A stretch of DNA of 64,000 bases from Thermodesulfobacteriota bacterium (GTDB lineage: Bacteria; Desulfobacterota_D; UBA1144; Nemesobacterales; UBA2774), in the NCBI GenBank assembly GCA_965223335.1, contig OZ244991.1:576001-640000 (forward strand). Reading direction: 5' to 3'. Below the pieces are notes generated by a model. That model worked only from the letters and a program-made list of their open reading frames with translations, searched no databases and was not told where the DNA came from. Below, piece after piece: positions 18,914 to 26,761 of the stretch. Each line of letters begins with the position of its first letter. Position 1 is the first letter of the stretch. The position numbers and the translations under genes are program-made.

Positions 18914-20203
18914 TTGAAAGAAAACAGCATAAACATATTATTGATTGAGGATGATCCCGACTTTGCTAGACTGGCTAGCAATGTTTTAGCATCGAGCACC
19001 GACCCCAAAATAGAGTTCGATCATTCAGAGACCTTACAGATCGGGCTCGACTTGCTCGGTAAAAACCAGTACGACTTGATCCTGCTGGATCTGAATCTCC
19101 CAGACTCAAGCAACATTAACACGGTCGCAAAGGCATGCGACAACACCGAGATCCCTATAATCATACTCACAGCAACCGATGATGAATCCACAGCAATCCA
19201 GGCCATGCAGATGGGTGCACAGGATTTCATACTCAAGAGCTCGCTGGATAGGGCATTACTACTGCGGTCGATCCAATACGCAATCGAACGCAAGAAATTT
19301 GAGGTAAACCTAAGAGAGACCAAAGAGTATTTTAGGCTGCTTATCGAAAACGCCCTCGACTTGATAGCCGTACTTGAGACCGACAGCACAATTAATTACG
19401 TAAGCCCCTCGCACAAGCGCATACTAGGATACGATGATGACGAGTTGATTGGGAAACGTGGATTCGATTTTATACACCCCGATGATTTTGAATCTGTTCA
19501 AAGAACTCTTAACGACGGGCTAAACGAGCCTCATCTAGTACACACAGTAGAGTACCGTTTCAAGCATAAAGACGGCAGGTGGGTCACACTGGAATCGATC
19601 GGGAAAATGTTTTCACCCGAAACCGGTGAGGCCAAGATAGTAGTAAATTCCAGAGACATAACCGAGAGAAAGAAAATGGAGGAAACTCTGCGTAACCTCT
19701 CGATTACAGACGACCTTACTGGGCTGTATAACCGCCGAGGGTTTTTAACACTTGCCGAGCACCTGATTAAAACGGCTGAACGCGCCAGCCAAGATATATT
19801 CCTAATTCTTATCGATTTAGACGACCTCAAAAAGATAAACGACGAATTCGGCCACAAAGAGGGCGACCAGGCATTGATGGACATTGCATATATAATTAAA
19901 CAAACGTTTAGGGGATCAGACGTTATTGCACGCATTAGCGGCGACGAATTCGTGATCCTCGCATCCGACACCTCGGGAAACATTATTGAAGCCATTACCG
20001 ATCGTTTGGCGACCAACCTGGAGATATTCAACCTCAACAAAAAGAGGCCCTATAAGCTCGGCATCAGCTATGGCGTGGCACGCTACAGTGAGTCGGATGC
20101 CAACTCGCTCGACAGATTGCTGGTTATTGCAGATGAACTCATGTACAGACATAAAAATTCAAAAAATAGTAGTAGGGCCAATGCGGCAAGGGATATCTCT
20201 TGA
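18914..20203 (+). CDS. REC-PAS-GGDEF diguanylate cyclase
   Basis: REC (IEDD, LLDLNLPD), PAS (FIHPDD), TDDLTGLYNRR, INDEFGH, RGSD I-site, SGDEF. Confidence 0.92.
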   Translation: MKENSINILLIEDDPDFARLASNVLASSTDPKIEFDHSETLQIGLDLLGKNQYDLILLDLNLPDSSNINTVAKACDNTEIPIIILTATDDESTAIQAMQMGAQDFILKSSLDRALLLRSIQYAIERKKFEVNLRETKEYFRLLIENALDLIAVLETDSTINYVSPSHKRILGYDDDELIGKRGFDFIHPDDFESVQRTLNDGLNEPHLVHTVEYRFKHKDGRWVTLESIGKMFSPETGEAKIVVNSRDITERKKMEETLRNLSITDDLTGLYNRRGFLTLAEHLIKTAERASQDIFLILIDLDDLKKINDEFGHKEGDQALMDIAYIIKQTFRGSDVIARISGDEFVILASDTSGNIIEAITDRLATNLEIFNLNKKRPYKLGISYGVARYSESDANSLDRLLVIADELMYRHKNSKNSSRANAARDIS

Positions 20204-20266
20204 ACACCGCACTTGAGTATAGAGATTGTTCGAATTGGGTGAAATAAAATATAGGAGTTAATAACA

Positions 20267-22213
20267 GTGGATAAATTATACTTGCGCTTGTTACTGGTAG
20301 AAGACGACAACAGCTCCGCGGAGCTGGTAATTTCCAAGATTAAAAAAGCAGATAGCTTCGATATAGAGATTCTTCACGTAGGATCACTAACAAAAGCAGT
20401 AGAGAGCTTAGGCGAACACGATATAGATTTGATCCTGCTCGATCTCTTTTTACCCGATAGCGAAGATATTGACACATTTGCATCCATTCATAAACTCGTA
20501 CCCGATATCCCCGTCATTATTCTCACGTCTCTCTCAGACGAGAAAAAAGCCATAAAGTCTGTGCAGATGGGTGCTCAGGATTATCTACCCAAAAGCGAAC
20601 TCAAGAACTCTGACCTCACCAGATCGATCTTGTATGCTTTAGAGCGTCAAAACGAGATCAACAAAAGAAAAAAGATTGAAAAAGCACTAGAAGATGAAAA
20701 AGAGAGGCTTGCTGTAACACTACATTCCATCGGAGACGGTGTAATTGCCACTGACACAGTGGGCAAAGTGGTATTGATGAACAAAGTGGCCGAGGAACTC
20801 ACGGGCTGGCCCGAGGACGAGGCTGTGGGGACCATGATTGAAAATGTATTTTTCATAATAGAGGACGAATCGGGGGATAGGTGCGAGAACCCTGTACTTA
20901 AAGCAATCAATGAGAACGGGATCACTGGACTCAAGAAAAACACAGTGCTCATCTCACGTGAGCGCCAAGAGTTCAATTTCGTATCGGCAACCTGCTCTCC
21001 TATACACGACCGAGACGGCATTATCATCGGTGTAGTGTTAGTATTCAGAGATATCTCCCAAAGAAAAAAAATGGAAGAAGAGCTCTTGCGAGTGCAAAAA
21101 CTCGAGTCACTGGGAGTGTTGGCAGGTGGGATTGCCCATGATTTCAATAACTTCCTGACTGCAATTATCGGCAATATAACACTTACAGAAAGATTCACGA
21201 CTCATGACCCAAAGGCTGCCAAGAAGCTAAATGAAGCCCAGATGGCATGTAATAGAGCAAAGGAGCTGGCATCACAGCTTCTAAGCTTCTCGAGGGGAAA
21301 CTCACCGATCAAAAAAACCACATCCGACTTCAACAAACTCATCGGTCAGACTGTGAAATTTGCCACTAGCGGTTCTCATATTAACTACGATGTTAAAATC
21401 GACGATGATATTTGGCCCGTTGAAATAGACGAAGGCCAAATCAGTCAGGTTATAAGCAATATGGTTATAAACGCGGCACAATCTATGCCAAACGGCGGCA
21501 AAGTAGTGATACGTGTCAGCAACACCACATCAGAAGAGGAAAAAGGCATACCCTTGAGTGACGACAGATATGTAAAAATAACGGTTGAAGACGAGGGGAT
21601 AGGCATACCCAAAGAATACATAACACGCGTTTTCGACCCCTATTTCACTACAAAAAAGCAGGGTAGCGGCCTTGGCCTCGCAACATCCTACACAATTGTA
21701 CACAACCACGACGGTTACATCAGCGTAGACTCAGAGCTCGAGGTAGGAACGATGTTCCACATATATTTACCGGCCACAGAAAAAACCGAGCACTCCCGAT
21801 CCGCAAAGAAACTCGGAATAACTCGGGGCAGCGGGAAAATCCTTGTGATGGACGATAAGGATGAAGTACGCGAAGCCACAGGTGAGATGCTCGAGAACAT
21901 AGGTTACACAATAGTGCTGGCCAAAGACGGTGAGGAGGCGTTAACGCTCTACGAGCAGGCAATGGACTGCGACGAACCATTTGACTCCATAATTATCGAT
22001 CTTACGGTGCCCGGTGGTATGGGCGGCACGGAACTGCTCGAGAAACTTTTTGATCTGGACCCAGAGGTAAAAGCTATCCTAACCAGCGGCTATTCACATA
22101 ACCCCGTTTTGGATCAATATAAGAAATATGGGTTTAAAGGTGTGTTGACCAAACCCTACGAACTAGAGAAGCTGAGCAAAGTTATCCACGGTGTGCTGCT
22201 GAAAGCTAACTAG
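20267..22213 (+). CDS. Hybrid histidine kinase REC-PAS-HisKA-HATPase-REC (CckA-like)
   Basis: AGGIAHDFNN H-box, FDPYFTTK, GSGLGL, N- and C-terminal receivers. Confidence 0.92.
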   Translation: MDKLYLRLLLVEDDNSSAELVISKIKKADSFDIEILHVGSLTKAVESLGEHDIDLILLDLFLPDSEDIDTFASIHKLVPDIPVIILTSLSDEKKAIKSVQMGAQDYLPKSELKNSDLTRSILYALERQNEINKRKKIEKALEDEKERLAVTLHSIGDGVIATDTVGKVVLMNKVAEELTGWPEDEAVGTMIENVFFIIEDESGDRCENPVLKAINENGITGLKKNTVLISRERQEFNFVSATCSPIHDRDGIIIGVVLVFRDISQRKKMEEELLRVQKLESLGVLAGGIAHDFNNFLTAIIGNITLTERFTTHDPKAAKKLNEAQMACNRAKELASQLLSFSRGNSPIKKTTSDFNKLIGQTVKFATSGSHINYDVKIDDDIWPVEIDEGQISQVISNMVINAAQSMPNGGKVVIRVSNTTSEEEKGIPLSDDRYVKITVEDEGIGIPKEYITRVFDPYFTTKKQGSGLGLATSYTIVHNHDGYISVDSELEVGTMFHIYLPATEKTEHSRSAKKLGITRGSGKILVMDDKDEVREATGEMLENIGYTIVLAKDGEEALTLYEQAMDCDEPFDSIIIDLTVPGGMGGTELLEKLFDLDPEVKAILTSGYSHNPVLDQYKKYGFKGVLTKPYELEKLSKVIHGVLLKAN

Positions 22214-22247
22214 ACCCACACAATATTTAAATGTGTCGGTACTCGCT

Positions 22248-24065
22248 TTAGCCGGGGGCTTCTGATAATTCCCAAGCCTCCTCCACCATATCTTTTATCA
22301 CCTCTAATCCCCCTGTCCAAAACCCGGGGTCTCCAATATCCACCCCTACCGTGCTTAGGAGCTTTTCAGGTGAATCACTGCCCCCACGAGATAGTAGAGT
22401 CAGGTACTTGGGGACAAAATCATCCGCATCTTTTAAGTACATATTATAGAGAGCAAGCACCAAAAGCTCCCCGAAGGAATATGCATAGCAATAAAACGGG
22501 GAGTGTATGAAATGCGGGATATACATCCACCACCACCGGTAGTCTTTAGTCATTTGCACCGTGTCCCCAAACATAGGGCTATTGGCCTCTGCCCAGAGTT
22601 CATTAATCCTGTCATGCCCAAGCTCCCCCTCACTTCGTCTTGCACTATGGAGCTTCTCTTCAAACCGTGTAAGCACAACCTGACGGAAAACTGTTGCAAA
22701 AATGTCCTCAAGCTTACTACATAGCAGCGCGAGCTTGGTTCTAGTGTCCGGAGCCGATTCTTTTAAGCTGTGAAACACTAGTATCTCTCCAAACACACTA
22801 GCGGTCTCTGCAGTGGTTAGTGGTGTGTTGGACTGAAAGTAACCGTTTTCTCTGGATAGATACTGATGAATCCCGTGTCCGAGTTCATGTGCAAGCGTCA
22901 TCACATCACGCATTTTCCCCGTGTAGTTTGTAAACACATAGGGATGCACGCTGGGCACGGTGCTGTGGCTAAAAGCCCCACCTCGCTTACCGGTCCTAAG
23001 CTCGGCGTCTATCCAGTTTTTCTCAAAAAACAGTCCTGCAATCCCAGCCATTTCACCCGAAAAATCACCAAACGAATCCAGTATGATCTCTTTGGCCTTA
23101 TCGTAATGAATCACTGTGGTATCGGAGTAGATCGGTGCATACCTGTCGTAATCATAGAACTTGGGTACACCGAGCAAAGCCTTTTTTATCTTATAGTACC
23201 TTGCCACCAGATGGTTATAGTCCTCGCACGCTTTCATAAGCCCCCCCACGGTCTCCATATCGATCTCGTTATCTAAATTCCTAGAGGCCATCGGGTGTTC
23301 AAATGAGCGTAAACGATCGTTAACGGAATGGTCCTGCACAAGTGTGTTAAATATAAAAGTCAAAACATGGGCATTATCCTTTAAGCCCTTTGTTATTGCC
23401 TTGGCTGCGGATTTCCTTATCTCTCTCCGTGGATCATATAAGAGTGAGAGCGCCTCGGTCTCGGTAAGGGTTTTAAGCTTGCCGTCCATACGTACCTTAA
23501 AACGCACATTGTTTAGGACCTCGTCAAAGAGCCTCTTAAAAGCCCTCGACCCTGTATTTGACTTTTCATCGAGCACCTTTTCTTCGGGTTCCGAGAGCCG
23601 ATGTGGGAAATACTTCCTCTCCAGTTCCAGAAAGTGTTTATAGTGCTTAACCTTATTATCATTGATAATTTTATCGGCGATCTCACTATCGAGCTCTGCC
23701 CATTCCAACTCAAAGAACAACAGGTGCTTCCTTATGTTAGTGGCATCTTCCTGCATACGCTGTAAAAATGCCCCGTGCTCGGAGTTACTCGTATCACCCG
23801 CAAACATAAGGTATGCAAACGAAAGCAGCTTACCCAGGGTTTCACTAATCGATTCAATTTCCTCTACTGCCCGTAACACCGTGGGGGCGGTAGAGTCCGG
23901 TGAATTAATCTTCCCCCTAAATTCGGACTCAAACTGCACAGCACGGGTCTTGGCCGTCTCTATGTCTTTTGCAATCTGAGTGTCGTTAAGCCCCCCATAG
24001 AGGTCACTCAGGTCCCATCTCACCCCCTTAGAACCTGCTTCATTTGTGTTCGATTTATCCGGCAT
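22248..24065 (-). CDS. pepF: M3B oligoendopeptidase F
   Basis: WDLSDLY, GKRGGAF, HELGHGIH, AETAS, HFIHSPFYCYAY. Confidence 0.9.
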   Translation of the reverse strand: MPDKSNTNEAGSKGVRWDLSDLYGGLNDTQIAKDIETAKTRAVQFESEFRGKINSPDSTAPTVLRAVEEIESISETLGKLLSFAYLMFAGDTSNSEHGAFLQRMQEDATNIRKHLLFFELEWAELDSEIADKIINDNKVKHYKHFLELERKYFPHRLSEPEEKVLDEKSNTGSRAFKRLFDEVLNNVRFKVRMDGKLKTLTETEALSLLYDPRREIRKSAAKAITKGLKDNAHVLTFIFNTLVQDHSVNDRLRSFEHPMASRNLDNEIDMETVGGLMKACEDYNHLVARYYKIKKALLGVPKFYDYDRYAPIYSDTTVIHYDKAKEIILDSFGDFSGEMAGIAGLFFEKNWIDAELRTGKRGGAFSHSTVPSVHPYVFTNYTGKMRDVMTLAHELGHGIHQYLSRENGYFQSNTPLTTAETASVFGEILVFHSLKESAPDTRTKLALLCSKLEDIFATVFRQVVLTRFEEKLHSARRSEGELGHDRINELWAEANSPMFGDTVQMTKDYRWWWMYIPHFIHSPFYCYAYSFGELLVLALYNMYLKDADDFVPKYLTLLSRGGSDSPEKLLSTVGVDIGDPGFWTGGLEVIKDMVEEAWELSEAPG

Positions 24066-24096
24066 TTGAGCTCTCCCGAGACACTTTCTTGTAACG

Positions 24097-24549
24097 CTAT
24101 GCTTCTCCTAAAAGTTCCCTAACAACTCTATTTATTTCCTGACCATCCGCTTTGCCTTTGAGCTCGGGCATTATTACTTTCATAACCCTGCCAATGTCCC
24201 CCAAACCCTGGGCACCTGTATCGTCTATTACCTTTTGCACCCGTGACCTAATCTCATCGGTGCTAAGCTGCTCAGGCATGTAGTGCATCAGTATCTCTAT
24301 CTCTTCGGCCTCTGCCTGGGCAGCATCGGGCCTGTTGACCTTCTCGAACTCAGCCTTGGCATCCCTGCGCTTTTTTACCTCCGATGACACAACCTCAATT
24401 ACCCCCTGGTCATCGAGCTCATCTACTTTTTTCTCTATCTCTTTATTCCTAATAGCCGACTGCAGCATCCTAAGCACACTTAGTTTCAAGCTGTTCTTTT
24501 CCCTAAGTGCCTCTTTTATATCATTTGGGATCTGATCTCTTAAACCCAT
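24097..24549 (-). CDS. GatB/YqeY domain protein
   Basis: LSVLRML, EVKKRRD, YMPEQLS, IGRVM, GKADG. Confidence 0.9.
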   Translation of the reverse strand: MGLRDQIPNDIKEALREKNSLKLSVLRMLQSAIRNKEIEKKVDELDDQGVIEVVSSEVKKRRDAKAEFEKVNRPDAAQAEAEEIEILMHYMPEQLSTDEIRSRVQKVIDDTGAQGLGDIGRVMKVIMPELKGKADGQEINRVVRELLGEA

Positions 24550-24588
24550 CTAGCTTTTCTCCTTTACTTTGTTTTCGCTACCGCACGT

Positions 24589-25110
24589 CTATTCATCCAA
24601 CACGTAGATGTTCGGTAGGTGTCGGTATCTCTCGTTATAATCCATCCCATACCCCACTAAAAATCCCTCACCCGCTGAAAACCCGATATAGTGTGGACGG
24701 AGCTCCGATTGCCGCCTCTCAAGCTTGTTGATAAATACACAGACTTTAAGTGTGAGCGGTTTTTGGGCCCACAGATGATCGTAGATAGTTTTAACAGTCG
24801 AGCCCGTATCGGTTATCTCGTCAACCAAAAGCACATGGCGGTTCTCGGGTGAGATATCCAGGCAATCACTTAAGTCCATGCCCGTGGGGATTCTGTAGGC
24901 CTTATAACTGGAAGCCAATACAAAACCTACTTCATGCTCAATATCCAAATTGCGAACCAGATCAGAGAGAAATATAAAACCACCCTTAAGTACACCGACA
25001 ATCAACGGAAATAAACCTCTATAATCGCGGCTAATCTCACCGCCCAACCGTCTGACCTCATGCTCTATCGTATCGGATGAATATACCAGTCTCAAATTAT
25101 AGTTGCTCAT
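24589..25110 (-). CDS. hpt: Hypoxanthine phosphoribosyltransferase-like
   Basis: GVLKGGFIFLSDL, SSY loop, VLLVDEITDTGST, FLVGYGMDY..YRHLP. Confidence 0.85.
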   Translation of the reverse strand: MSNYNLRLVYSSDTIEHEVRRLGGEISRDYRGLFPLIVGVLKGGFIFLSDLVRNLDIEHEVGFVLASSYKAYRIPTGMDLSDCLDISPENRHVLLVDEITDTGSTVKTIYDHLWAQKPLTLKVCVFINKLERRQSELRPHYIGFSAGEGFLVGYGMDYNERYRHLPNIYVLDE

Positions 25111-25167
25111 ACTTTTTTATAAAATATCTATCTTAGTTGGGGAACACGATCGCTCAAACGACCGTCA

Positions 25168-25581
25168 TTATTCTCGGTTTGTCATTGATATATCCAAATC
25201 AGGTATGAGCTCCGAGATAGAGCTCTGCAAAAACCCGCGCGTGTACACGTCGTCATCCACAATGCTCTGGTTCCAAACCAGTATATCGAGATCAATTGTT
25301 CTAGGCCCGTACCTGTTCTGATCCCTTACCCTACCCAATGACTCTTCAAGCTGTCTTAGCCAGGTTCTCATTTCTTCATACTCAAGTTCAGTCTCGATCA
25401 ACACCGCCCCGTTTAAAAATAGATCCTGGTCCTTATACCCTATGGGCTCAGTTCTTATAAACTGAGATGCGTTTATGATCTTAAATCTTTTAGCGATTGC
25501 TCGTTTAGCTCTCTTTATATATCTATTTGGCTCTATATTAGAACCAATGCCGATTACTATGGTATTTAGTTTTATTGCCAT
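25168..25581 (-). CDS. folK: 6-hydroxymethyl-7,8-dihydropterin pyrophosphokinase (short form)
   Basis: IGIGSN, FLNGA, E..LGR, GPRTIDLDIL. Confidence 0.88.
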   Translation of the reverse strand: MAIKLNTIVIGIGSNIEPNRYIKRAKRAIAKRFKIINASQFIRTEPIGYKDQDLFLNGAVLIETELEYEEMRTWLRQLEESLGRVRDQNRYGPRTIDLDILVWNQSIVDDDVYTRGFLQSSISELIPDLDISMTNRE

Positions 25582-25591
25582 TTCTGATCCA

Positions 25592-25939
25592 TTATTTCGA
25601 CTGTTTATAAGTAACGGACACGGTATCGGTAAACCTAAGAGCAGCCGGCTTAGCGACCTTTACGGTTACGTGCTCGACCCCGCTTTGCTCCAGTATAATC
25701 TTTACTACATCACCCGCAATTTTTTCTATAAGGTTATATTCCGTGCTCTCCACTTTGGCTATAATCTTCTTTGTGATTGTTTTATAGTCAACCGTATCTT
25801 CTATCTGATCACTCTCTGCGGCGGTCTCGCTATTGGTAGCGATTTCGATGTTGATCACAACATCCTGCTTTACCTCTTTTTCCCATTCGTATATCCCAAC
25901 GATTGTTCTTAACCGAAGCCCCTCAATGTTTATAATCAT
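25592..25939 (-). CDS. folB: Dihydroneopterin aldolase/epimerase (FolB/FolX family)
   Basis: IVGIYEWE, DTVDY, LIE, KPAALRF; FolB vs FolX not resolved. Confidence 0.8.
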   Translation of the reverse strand: MIINIEGLRLRTIVGIYEWEKEVKQDVVINIEIATNSETAAESDQIEDTVDYKTITKKIIAKVESTEYNLIEKIAGDVVKIILEQSGVEHVTVKVAKPAALRFTDTVSVTYKQSK

Positions 25940-26665
25940 CTATAAAGAACTCCATCTCAGGTGCTCCCCGCCGTCCACAAACAAGAGCTCACCTGTAATG
26001 AACTCGTTTTCAAGCAGGTAAATTAGCGCACTCAGAATATAATCGGGGTTCCCAGCCTTTTTGAGCGGTATCCGTTTTGCAATCTCTTCCAAATACTCAG
26101 CATCCTCCCCAGGGGGAGCCAAAATGGGGCCTGGGCAAATACCGTTTACCCTTATCCGTGGGCCTAGCACCTTGGCAGCCATCTTAGTAAAATCCGCAAG
26201 CGCCCGCTTGCTCAGATAATATGTAAAATGCTCGGTGTCCATGCCCGATATCCTGGTATCAAGCATATTGATGACTAGGCGAGCGGATTTTGTGCCGGAA
26301 AACGTTTGGGTTAAGAAAAACGGGACCTTGAAATTTATCTGCATGTCCCTATCCAGACTATCCTCTGTAACATGAAAAAAATCGTGCCTATCGAACATAG
26401 AAGCATTATTAATAAGTATTTCGCATTGGGGCATCTTATCGATTACCCGCGGCACAAGCCCCCTAACCTCTGGTAAGTTGTACAAGTTGCAACGAAATAG
26501 CTCACACACTCTGCCCTGCTCTCTAATCAGCTCAGCAGTTCTAAGAGCATCAGTGTGTGAGTGGTTATAATGCAGTGCGATATCATAGCCTTGCGAGGCC
26601 AATCCAAGCGCCATAGCCTTGCCTAATCTCTTTGCACTCCCGGTAATAAGAGCTGCTTTGCCCAT
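25940..26665 (-). CDS. Pteridine reductase-type SDR (FolM/PTR1-like)
   Basis: TGSAKRLG, HYNHS, NNAS, YYLSK, RVNGICPG; upstream of folB-folK. Confidence 0.85.
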   Translation of the reverse strand: MGKAALITGSAKRLGKAMALGLASQGYDIALHYNHSHTDALRTAELIREQGRVCELFRCNLYNLPEVRGLVPRVIDKMPQCEILINNASMFDRHDFFHVTEDSLDRDMQINFKVPFFLTQTFSGTKSARLVINMLDTRISGMDTEHFTYYLSKRALADFTKMAAKVLGPRIRVNGICPGPILAPPGEDAEYLEEIAKRIPLKKAGNPDYILSALIYLLENEFITGELLFVDGGEHLRWSSL

Positions 26666-26761
26666 CTCGTTACTATAAAGCTTCTACCTTGGGAATTAAT
26701 AGCACCAAAAGAGTATAGCACATACCCCAGACATGAAAAAAACCCCATATTACTCCACATG

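Noticed and set aside
19531..21198. Long antisense ORFs (169 and 183 aa) opposite the DGC and kinase, and similar shadow ORFs across the window
   Set aside because: They fully overlap well-supported genes on the other strand and have no motifs; typical antisense shadows.
22214..22247. ACACA...TGTGT inverted repeat between convergent genes
   Set aside because: Weak AT-rich stem, long loop and no U-tract; cannot be supported as a terminator.
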